Assembly: GCA_977017645.1 (NCBI GenBank)
Contig: OZ360220.1
Coordinates: forward strand, 128,464,001-128,528,000
Length of the DNA: 64,000 bases
From: Torpedo marmorata
Lineage: Eukaryota
Direction of reading: 5' to 3'
Shown here: piece by piece, positions 47,801 through 59,800 of the stretch
How the letters are laid out: each line of letters opens with the position of its first letter
Position numbering within the stretch: the stretch's first letter is position 1
The notes under the pieces: generated by a model
What the model saw: only the letters and a program-made list of their open reading frames with translations
Database searches by the model: none
What the model was told of the DNA's origin: nothing
Position numbers and translations under genes: made by a program

Positions 47801-50800
47801 GGTCGCGGGATTTTATTTAAGATCCCGCGACCGCAGGGTCTGCGCCCAAGATGGCAGCGCCTTTAACCGGCAGCAGCCACGAGGGGCTACAGACTCCGGG
47901 GAAGAGGAGGACTGGAGCAGGGCACCAGAGGACGGGAAGATCACCCCCCATCTGAGAAGGAGAAGTGGAGGAGACGACCCACGGGACGGTGACCATGGCA
48001 GCGGACCGGTGAGGGGCTCTGAGGCTGAAGGACCAGTGCATGCGTTGGGCTGCTGGCGACTCGAGGCGAGGAACCAGCGAAGGCTGTGGGCTGCTGGAGA
48101 CTGCTGTCGGGGGACTCACGCTGGGCTGCGGACTGCTGGAGGATGGCTCGAACTGGCTGGAGTAGTACCAGGTATCGGAACCGGGATGCGAGGGGGTGCC
48201 GAGGGCGACCTGACCGTGTCGGAGGTTCGGATCTGGAGCTCGGATTGCCGATGGTTTGGACTGGACTTTGTGTGGCTGCGGAGGCTGCGGAAACGCTGGA
48301 GGCGAATCTAAGAACACTCGGTGACTCTGGGGGGGATTCTCTTTTGCTTCTCTTTCTCTGACTGTAAGGAATGTAAGAGGCGCTTAGGCAATTTCTGCCG
48401 GTGGCGAATCTGTCTGCCTTGCAGCAGGCAAAAAGAAATTTCATGGAATATGACACTGTCTTATAACTATGACAATAAATTGAATCTTGAATCTTCTTAT
48501 AGGCACACAAGGTCATTTTCCTCTGAAAAAGGTAGCAAATTCATATCCATGTTCTGAATTTTCTCCACAGACCTGAAGTGTTTTTGACTTTCAATTATAT
48601 ATCCAACTTGATCATGAAACTTCCATTGAATCTACCTCCACTACCTTTTCAGACTCTAACTCATAAGTAGCCATATCTTAGTGTATTTATCACTGTTTCT
48701 ACTGGTAATCAGTCTGCCCAATGGAAACATCTACACTATTGCTGTTTAATAACTTGTTCACTTTTACAATTTCTCCTTTGTGGAAAGTGATGAATATGTA
48801 ATATCAAACAAGGAAATGTATTGAAGAGACATACAGACCTTAAATAAAGGAAAAGGAGTGAGTAGATGGAAAAGAACCATATGAACTGGGAATGACTGGA
48901 GGGCATCCCATATTCTGTAAACAAGTTAGCATGGCCACCTGTAAAAGTAATTAAGAAACATTTGCAACATATGAAGTAACAGAATCTCTCTTGTATGCAA
49001 GAATCAGGCTGATGGAATCCTCTATTAAGGGGCCTTTAATATGATAACAATCATGATCAAAGGGAGTAGAAATTATTTTTAATCATTCAGGTACTTATTG
49101 GATTCCATGCAAAGAAGAAAAATAGCATTCCAATTATAATTAATGTGTGAACAAAAGGACATCCAGAGCAATAATTTTTTTTTTATTTTTTTTTTTAAAA
49201 TCACGAACATTTCTATTCCAAGATTTTGATTGGATAATATTACATGATTAAATTCCATTTCTGAGATAACTACAACAAGCAGTAAACTCCTGGCAACCAC
49301 TCATCAGTCTGTCAGGAATGAAAACTCCCCTGGTATCACTTTAGAGTAAACTGATCAAACTGCTGCTACTTAAATTATAAGTACAAAAACTTGCTACGAA
49401 TGATAAAGACACGAACTAAATGATCAAACTATTTATTCTTTAGAGATAGCAAAATCAATCCAAGAACTGATTCTTTATCATACAAATTCCTTGTCCCATG
49501 CTGACAAAATTACACAATAACTGATAATACAGTTCCTCTGGGAGATGTTGTGCAGTGGAGCAGTTTAAAGGTCATTATTTGAGCTATATAGGGTACATTG
49601 TTTGGCCTGCTGAGTTTCCCCAGCATTGTGTTTTTGCCTCAACCAGTGTCTGCAGACTTTCGTGTTTTACCTCTTTGAGCTATGTTTTGGATAGTCTCAT
49701 TCTCTTATGCGCAGGCTGGCATTTGCAACCTGAGTGAAATCCAGAAGCTCACTAGTGAGGAACACATCATAAAGAAAATGGCTATAATGCATCTACTGAA
49801 TGGGAGCATGCGTGTCACATTTTCATCACGAGTTAACAACAATATACACCTATCATAAGTGGGGCACAAGATTGTGACAGATCAAGAAAACGCCTCCCGT
49901 GTAAATAACCCCTTAAATGAAGCATTTTTCAAATAGTAAAGTACGGACTGCAAAAAGTTGTGCTGGAATAACGAAATCAGATGAAAGGCAATGGAATCAA
50001 ACAGTCACACCAAAGTTTGCCACATAATCCATCACCATCAGGCATGTCTCCGTTTCTCACGCTCTGTCTCTCTCTCTCTTTTCTTTTCCCTCTGTCTCCT
50101 TTCCCCCAGTTCTGCATTCACAGAGCCACCCTCCCCTCCCCCAATCTTCCCTCACCTTTCCTCTCTTCTGTCCATATCCAATTAACACCTTTTGTCTGTT
50201 GGTCTGTGCTCCTCCCCCTTCCCTTTCTTGCCTTTTAATTCAGGTGCCTGCCTGCTTTTTACTCATACCTTGAAGAAGGGCTCAGGCTTGAAACGTCGGT
50301 TTTATATCTTTACTTCCTATGGATGCTGCGAGACCTGCTGAGTTCCTCCAGCATGTCTGTGTTTTTAACAATCAGGTTCAATAACTACTTTAACTGATCC
50401 ATATTCAGTTCTTGATGAAATCTCTTCTGCACTATAAATGACAGTTTAAGTCTGTCGAGCATATCTTCTGTACGCTTAAACATGTAAAATAGTAATCTGC
50501 ATATCAGAAAGCAGAGCAATGTGTCTTTTTTTGAAAGGGATCGCAAAAGAAGCATTCACTCCTGAAACAGGAAATAAAAAAATTTAGTGCAATGAATGGA
50601 TCTCACCTTGACAAGGTCTGGGCTCTTTGATAACATTTTTAATTACCCAGTTGAAGCCTTCATTTAGTACCAAACCGCAGAGGAATGAAATCTGAAATAA
50701 AACAGCAGAATTTAGAGATCTTAAATAGTTTTGATGTTTTCAGTGCTCATGTATTTTGAAAACATTCTATCATCCAACACCCTACTGATATTCAGGATGG

Positions 50801-53800
50801 TAATTCCTGTGCGTTTATATCTTAATTGCAGACGACTTGTCTTCCTTCATTGCTACAATTCTTACCATTCATTACTACCAACCCAATAGGAAGACACTTA
50901 ACAAACCCCTTCAACATCTATGCACAAAATGGAATAATTCAACAATGCAACATCTGAACAGTACAGAGATAAGTACAAATATGAAATTATTAGAAGCAAT
51001 AATTATACATTGCATATTTCCTCTTTGAAATGTAGGGTAACAATTGAAGCTTGAGACAAACAAGGTAACTGAACAGCAAAATTCAATTAACTACCTTTTT
51101 CTCCCTGGCCACTCTGCCTGCATTTTGTTTTTTTCAATGTCTGCTCAATCTAATTCATTTTTAGCCATTCAGGAAGGTACAGTGCTTGGAACACCTTCTT
51201 GAACACAAAATCAATCCTTAAACAAAATCCTTAGCCTCATGATCGGTCATTTACAAAAAAAACACTGCTGAGGTTGCAGGCCTTCAGCATGTGTAGGCAG
51301 GAACTCCACGTTATAAAATCACCCATACACGAATTGGTACTGTTGATGTTATTTGCACATTTTTCATTTTGCTTCATGGATTCATTTTTTCTATTGAAAA
51401 TACAGTTTGTTCAGATAGACCAACAAATATTTCTGAGAAATCACAATTATTTGGCTTACTTGGGGAGAGAAGAGTAATATGAACTAGCGGGCTTATGTGT
51501 ACAGTGCTGAACACTGGTCGCAGCATACGAGAACTGTACATCTTCCATTTATCTCAGTTCTTTACACCCATCTAGAAAGTAGACAATGGTGATCTCTCCC
51601 AAGGCCATCCACCAATGTGTTTTCATATAACTCCCATCAATTTGAAATTGGGAGCTGATAGTATGCAGAAACCAAGTGGAATTCATGTGCACAATCTATT
51701 TAATTCTGGGATCCAAGGAGCATAGATTAACAACCAAATTAATGATAAGCGAATTGACGAATAAATCAGATTTAGGTACGAAGTGTACTTTATAAATTAC
51801 CTACATTTATTACTGAGGCATTATATGTTAAGAAGTGCACTTTACTACTGTATTAGGAATATATTAAAAAGGCAAACAAAAGTTGCTTTTAAGCAGTGTT
51901 TGGGGAAATCAACTTTGAAACAATGAGAACAGAAAACAGAAAATACTTTTAAAAACTAATACTTACAGAGTGCAGTTCCCTCTTAAACACGATGAGTGTG
52001 ATGAAACCAAAAAGGATAAATACTGGTACGAGGCTTAAATATGCAAGCACCTTTCCTGCAAGGTCATCTGAAGAGCCAGAAAAAAATATTCTATGTTTAG
52101 GGCCATAATTGCAATACAATTATTTAAAATCAATGCAAATGTATAAAGTATTTAAGGTCTCCCCAGTGCTGCTCAAAAAAATTTCAGCACTGAAAATGTG
52201 AACAACCAACACCCAGTTAATGCTCTGGGAAAGACACGAGGCAAAATCAAATACTTGGAATACTAAATCTGTTGTCATCTGTCCCCACTGCAACTCTATT
52301 CCCCATTAACTTCTTACCCTTGAACTCGACTCAAAGCACATTCACCCACAAAACCTTCTCTGCCTATCTCCACCCTCACCTCAGGTGCTGCCAAAACTCT
52401 CATCTATGCCTCTCTTACTGTTCATCTCGACTATCCTAAAAGAACCAGGTTTGCCCACGTTATTTTGCCATCCACAAATTTTAGGACATCCAAAACCTTG
52501 CTTTCAATCCCTGTCCAGTTTATCAACCACCCATATGTTGTAAACCTACAATGTCTTGCAAAAAATCTATTTTAAAATTCTTGTGTTTGTTTTCAAATCC
52601 CACCATGGCCTCGTCCAAATATTTGTAACTCCCTTAAGCTCTACCGAAGTTTTCTGCAATCGACAAACTTGTCAACCAACTGGTGACCAGACTTTCAGGC
52701 ATGTAGGCTCTGATTTCTAGAATTCTCTCCCTTAAAGCTTTCTTTCTCCCTCATCCTATAGAAAACACCTTGCCAATCTTCTGATTAAACTTCTGGTTCA
52801 AATAAATTTTACTGGATAATGCTCCTATAAAAAGGCTCTAGGAAAACTGTGGTACATTAAAAAGGTGCTAAATAAATGCATTGTTATTGAGAGAGTAAAA
52901 AAATTGCTACCTTCACTCTCATTACCATCTTGTTTGAGTCCAATGTTGTGGGTTCAAGTACTAATCCAGCACCAAGGAAAAGGTCTGTGTTTACAGTATA
53001 TGCACAATATTGAAGTATGTTCAGAAGGGCACTTCTCAAAATGTTAAACCAATAAAACAGGTAATGTTCCTACATGCAGTCACCCCATTTAATGGCCTAT
53101 ACTGGAAAGTGCAGATATCAGGCAAGGGTTGGAATAAGTTTCTCACCTTCTCTCTCTTCCTTCAATGACGCTTGAAAAACAGTACTGGACCATACCATAA
53201 ATAGTTTTTCCATAGCCACATGCATAAACAGCCAAATAGGCATTTGCTTTGTATCAGTCCAATACTTTTTTTAAATTTTATTTTTTTTATAAAGTATTTT
53301 GAATCAACTTCAACTAGCTTCCCATATCATAATAACTGACTGCACAAAACAAACTTATCAACTAAAGGTCAAGAACCAAAGGAGAGTTGAGTTTTATTTG
53401 ATGCACAGCATTTGAAATGGTGCTAGAAGATTATTCCAAGGAAAATTAATTACTGTGACTATGGAAAGAAAACAAAAATCACAGCCACCTGTGGAAAGAA
53501 ATAAAATCAAAATGTGGAAAATGACGAGCATTTCCAGACCCTTCATTTGTGATGCTTCACTGTGATTTTTCAGCATTCTCTTGATTACTTAATCATTACA
53601 TTTTCCTATGCTAAATGAAGCCTCCTAGTTCATTTCTCTCAGGGGCAAATAATTTAATTGAATTCAGAGGAAGGCATGTGCACACAACAATAAAGCCCCT
53701 CCCACATCAACAAGATGGCAAAATGAATGGCCAGTGGAACCACACATCCATTCTACCCACAAGGTCAGTTACACAACAGAAAACACCCCAATTTTTCAAG

Positions 53801-56800
53801 GCTTGCTTTCAAATTATAGCTTATTATTCTTAGTATCATCCAAGTAAAGTGACTTTGCCCTCAATAAAAACAAGACTGGAGGAAAACTGTATATTTTGTT
53901 CTTCTCAACATTCTTAAAAAGATAAATGTAATCTAGAGATGCAGAATCCTTCCATACACTCAAAACATTTTTCTGCGCTGCCCAATTTACAAAAACTCAT
54001 TTTGTGTCACTGCATGGATATTATTTGTATAATGTCATTTTCCTGTAAAAACTAATTATTCCTAGGTACAGCTCTAATAATGGGCCATCAAAAAGTAGCA
54101 AACTAAGCACGAGAGTTCATTTCTAATGTGCCCGATTTACAAAGATCTACTGTATAGCAGGTATTGAACTTAGATTAAACGATCAGAGCTTTAAGTTATA
54201 AATTGAAGATAAATGTATCAGAAAGGTTGCAACAGATTTCAGCAAAAGGTGTCTGAGATTTAAGTTAGCAAGCTAGGCCACACAGTCCAGGCTTTTTGCC
54301 TCTAGAAAACAAAAGGCTAAGAATTGACCAAGTGACTGGCCTTTAAGATAATCAATTGGACAGAAGACAAGAACTTTTTCCTGCATGTTGAGGGGCTGAG
54401 TGGGGGCAAAATTAGAAGGAATTAGCATTTTTACCAATTAAACCGAAACAGAATCTGAATCCAAAGAATGAAGCAAATAGGGACCTCTACCACAAGAACC
54501 ATTGACCCAAAATGTTAACTGTTTCTCTCTTCACAAAGGTTGCCTAACCCAAGCCTTTTTTGTCTTTATTTCAGGTTTCAAACATTTGTAGTCTTTTTTG
54601 GTTTTTCAACTACATAGAGGAGTGGAAGCAAATAGGATTGATGATTTTACATAAGTAAGAAAGAGTTCATTGCCATTGGAATTAAATAAAGTGGACAATA
54701 AACTTTGGTATGTTGTTGATTCATTGTAAAGGTTCACTTCTCATGTTCCAAGTGTAATAGCCCAAAATAACAAAATCAGGTAAAGTCAAGTATTTTGGTC
54801 ATCAATAGCAACCAGAAAATGGTCCAAAAGCAAAATTCTACAGATGCTGTCTGGCTTACTGAATACCGTATTTCCATCATTAGCTGTTTTAATACAGAAA
54901 AAGTGGAGGATTGTGCATACCTGGAAATTTTAATCACAAAAGGGGAAACTGGATATACTAGAAGCATGTATAAACAAATACTGAATCCCAGAATGTCAGA
55001 TGCTTTTGGAAAACATTGTACATGCAATATGTTAAGTATCACAGTACATAAAAAGTGCTGGAGAAATTCAGCAAGTCATGCAGCATTCATAGGAAGTAAA
55101 AGGCAGTCAAAGATTTAGGCCAGAGTTCTCTGCCGCATCTGCTCCCAGGATGAAGCCTTCCATTCCAGGCCATCTGAAATGTCCCCCACCTTCAAAAAAC
55201 ATGGCTACCCCTCTCCTGCCATTAACTCACCCCTCAACCGCATCTCCTCTATTTCACGCACATCTGCCCTCTCCAAACGTAACAAGGACAGGGTTCCCTC
55301 ATTGGTACCTACCACCCCACCAGCTACTGTATCCAACATATTATTCTCTGCAATTTCCGCCACCTGTAATGGGATCCAATCACCAGACACATCTTCCGCT
55401 CCCCAAATCGATCTCTCCCTCCGCGACTCCCTCGTCTACTCATCCCCTCCCACCAACACTTGCATTTACACCCCCTCCCTATCTCTATTGGAGGCCCCAA
55501 AACAGAATCAGAATTTATTGTCATGAACAAGTCAAGAAATTCGATGTTTTGCGGCAGCATCATAGTGCAATTAACATTCATATTATAACCACCTTACGAC
55601 ATTACTATAAAAAATTATAAATAATAGTGCACGAAAAGTAAGGCAGTGTCTTTGGTTCATTGATTATTCAGGAATCTGATGGCAGCGGGGAAGAAGCTGT
55701 CCTTGTGCCGTTGAGTGCTCGTCTTTAGGCTCCTGTACCTTTTTCCCGATGGTAGCAGAGTAAAGAGGGCATGGCCTGGGTGGTGGGGATCTTTGAGGAT
55801 AGAGGCTGCTTTTTTAAGACACCGCCTCATGTAGATGTCCTCGATGGAGTGAAGTCTGGTGCCTGTGATGTCACAGGCCGAGTTAACAACCCTCCGGAGT
55901 TTACTCTTGTCCTGAGAGTTGGCGCCTCCATACCAGGCAGTGATGCAACCAGCCAGAATGCTCTCCACACTACACCTTTAGAAGTTTACGACTGTCTTCG
56001 GTGACATACCGAATCTCCTCAGACACCTCACAAAGTATAGCCGCTGGTGAGCCTTCTTTGTGATTGCATCAACGTGGAGGCTCCAGGACAGATCCTCGGA
56101 GATGTTGACACCCAGGAATTTGAAGTTCTTGACCCTCTCCACTACTGAGCCCTCGATGAGGACTGGGTTGTGTTCCCCTGACTTCCTCCTGAAGTCCACA
56201 ATCATCTCCTTGGTTTTGCTGACGTTGAGCTCAAGGTTGTTGTCGTTACACCATTCAACGAGCTGATCTATCTCCCTCCTGTACGCTTCCTCATTGCCGT
56301 TTGTGATTCTGCCATCAACTGTGGTGTCATCGGCAAACTTGTAGATGGCATTGGAATTGTGCCTGGCCACACAGTCATGGGTATATAACGAGTAGAGCAG
56401 TGGACTAAGCACACATCCTTGGGGTGCGCCTGTGTTGATAATCAGTGAGGAGGAGACGGTTTCCAATTCGTACTGACTGTGGCCTTCCGATGAGAAAGTC
56501 AAGGATCCAGTTGCAGAGTGGGGTACAGAGGCCTAGAGTTTGTAGCTTCTTGACCAGCACTGAGGGAATAATGGTATTGAAGGCCGAGCTGTAGTCGATG
56601 AAGAGCAGCTGTATGTATGAATTGCTCTTTTCGAGGTGATCCAGAGCTGAGTGGAGAGCCAGCGATATTGCATCTGCTGTGGAGCGATTGTGACGATAGG
56701 CAAATTGCAGTGGGTCCAGATCTTTGCTTAGGTACGTGTTAATTCTGGCCATGTCCAGCCTCTCAAAGCATTTCATCACAGTAGAAGTTAGTGCTACTGG

Positions 56801-59800
56801 GCGGTAGTCGTTGAGGCAGTCCACACTACTCTTCTTGGGTACCAGGATGATTGATGCCCTTTTGAAGCAGGTGGGAACCTCTGACTGCCACAATGAGAGG
56901 TTGCAAATGTCCGTGAACACTCTGGCTAGTTGGTTGGCGCAGATTTTCAGTACCCTGCCAGGTACGCCGTCAGGGCCTGACGCCTTGCGAGGGTTCACCC
57001 TCTTGAATGATGTTCTGACGTCGCCCTCAGAGACAGATATCACAGGGTCCTCAGCCTTTTCAGGGATTCTAGTAGGCACTATTTGGTTCTTCTTCTCAAA
57101 GCGGGCATAGAAGGTGTTCAGCTCATCGGGTAGTGAAGCATCACAGCCGTCTATAGTGTTCGCCCTCGCTTTGTAGGCTGTAATGGCCTGCACTCCCTGC
57201 CATAGCTAGCGTGTATCTGTCTCTAGCTTCCTCCGGAATTGCCACTTTGCTTCAGAGATGGCCTTCCGCAGGTCGTGCCTGGATTTCTTGTAAAGATCCC
57301 GGTCCCTGGCCTTAAACGCCCTTGTTCTCGCCCTCAGCAGGTTGCGAATTCTCTGATTCACCCAGGGCTTCTGGTTGGGGAACACCCGGTATTTGCGCGT
57401 GGACACACAATCATCCACACAGGTCTTGATGAAGTCGGTGACACCTTTTGCATATTCATTCAGGTCTATGGATGAGTTCTTGAATATGTTCCAGTCCACC
57501 GATTCAAAGCAGTCCTGCAGGTGCTCCTCTGCCCCCCTCGACCATACTTTCGCCATCCTCACCACTGGTGCTGTGGTCTTCAGTCTCTTGCTTGTACGCC
57601 GGGAGTAGAAGTACAGCCAGGTGATCAGACTTGCCGAAGTGCGGTCGTGGTATGGCTCGGTATGCGTTCTTCACGGTGGTGTAGCAGTGGTCGAGTGTGT
57701 TGGTTCCCCTGGTCTCACGTGATGTGTTGGTGGTAGTTTGTCAGTGACTTCTTCAGATTGACCTGATTGAAGTCTCCCACAATGATCGGGAAGGCATCAG
57801 GATGTGCTGTCTCATGGCTGTTTATCACAGTGCTCAGTCCCTCCAGTGCCAGCCTGACGTTAGCCTGGGGCGGAATGTACACTGCGACCAGGATGATGGC
57901 GGTGAACTCCCTCGGCAGATAGAATGGGCGACACTTGATCGCCAGATGTTCCAGGTCGGGGGAGCAGGACTGGGACATGACCACGATCTGTGCACCACGA
58001 TGAATTGATGATGGCACAAACGCCGCCTCCCCTGATTTTTCCATACACCGGTGTTTTTCCAGACGCCAGTCCTTCCAAATAAAGCAACACTCCACTTGTG
58101 AATATATAGGGGTCATTTACTGCATCCGGTGCTCCTGATGCGGTCTCCTCTACATCAGTGAGACTGGACGCAGACTGGGAAATCATTTCGTTGAGTACCT
58201 TCACTTTGTCCACTGCAATGGTGAGGATGGTGAGGACCTTCCAGTGGCCAACCACTATTTCCACACTGACATGTCTATCCATGGATTCATGTACTGCCAA
58301 ATCGAGGCCTCCCGCAAATTAGAGGAAAAACATTTTGTATTCCGTCTCAGCAGCCTGCAACCAGATTGCATCACCAACGACTTCTCCAATTTCCATTAAG
58401 CCCCTCCCTCAGTCTCTCCCTTTCCCTCCCCCTGTCTCCCTTCCTCCAGCTCCCCACCCATTTCCCTTCCTTCTATCAGAGAGCTATCCTTCTTAGCCCT
58501 CTCCCCATTACTTGTCAATTTCTTTCTTTTCTACCCTCTCACCTGTATCCATCTATTACTTGTTAACCTGTGCTCCTCCCTCTTCCCCCACCTTTAATTC
58601 AGGCATCTGCCGAATTTTCCACATTCCTGATGAAGGGCTCAGGCCCAAAAAGTTAACTGCCTTTAACTTCCCTTGCCCTGTGACCTCCGAGTTTCTCCAG
58701 CACTTTTGTGTACTGCACTTGACACCAGCATCTGCAGATTTTCTTGTTTACCTCCATGTTAAGTATCAGCTGGGAAAGCTGAGTAAACAAGTGAAGTAAT
58801 AACAAAAGTGATCTGCTCCAACAAAACAGCTTGTAGCAAAACCTTTAATGTTCACTAGGAGGTGAACAGTATATAGCCAAAAACAATACAATGAAATTCA
58901 AAAGAGATGGCACCATTTGGAATTCAGACATGAAACCATCCACAATAAATAAAAGTATATACATTTACATTTTGAGATGGAAAACTTACTTTACTGGTTG
59001 CAGTGTTTTGAGAAATCTAGAAATCATGAAATGCTTGAATTTCTTTTAGGATACTGTTCAAGTAATATTGATTGAGGGGCAAATATTTTCAAAAAAGTAC
59101 CAGAGGGTCTTCACCAGCCATTTCAGGGGGAAGACTGTTTAACATTTAATATCTTATCTGAAAGACTAGCTCTGACAGTGCAGAACTCTTTCAATAATCA
59201 TCATGTTGGAAAAGAGTTCAACCTACAACCTAAAGTTTCAGAGGTGAAGCTGCTACTTGTAGCCAATCCCGAAACCTAGATTTATTGACAGGCTGACATG
59301 TCAATGTTCAGATAGGTTTTCTTGATTTACGCTAACATTATAAGGACTCAAGATTCCATTTATTGTCGTATACATGAGAGTCCCTTCAGAGACATTGAGT
59401 TGCTGTAGATCTCACCAGGTCTTCCTGCGGATCTCACCAGCTCTTCCGGCGGTTGCCACCTCCACTGCCCCCATAACTTCACAGTCAGTTCAGCAGTGAA
59501 CCTGATCTCTATGTATCCAAATCTCACCTCCTTGATCCTGGGTTCAAATCCCCAAAGCATTCGGAAGCTATCGGGAGGCCTGCTTTACCATCGGACCTTC
59601 ACGAATCCCGGGCCTAATGCCTGGTTTCCAGATGCTAGCCGCCTGCAGCCTCCGGCCTGTTGCGAGAACTTCAGATGGTGAGCCCCGAGCTCGAACCGGC
59701 CATAGCAACCACATTTAGCTACTGCCACTCCAGACAGCAACTCTGCAGAACCATATTTGTTCTAACATATCTGTTAGAACCACCATATTTCAGAGATCTT

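Noticed and set aside
47787-48516. Overlapping ORFs of 166-191 aa
   Set aside because: GC-rich retroposon body with no recognisable domain, open on both strands.
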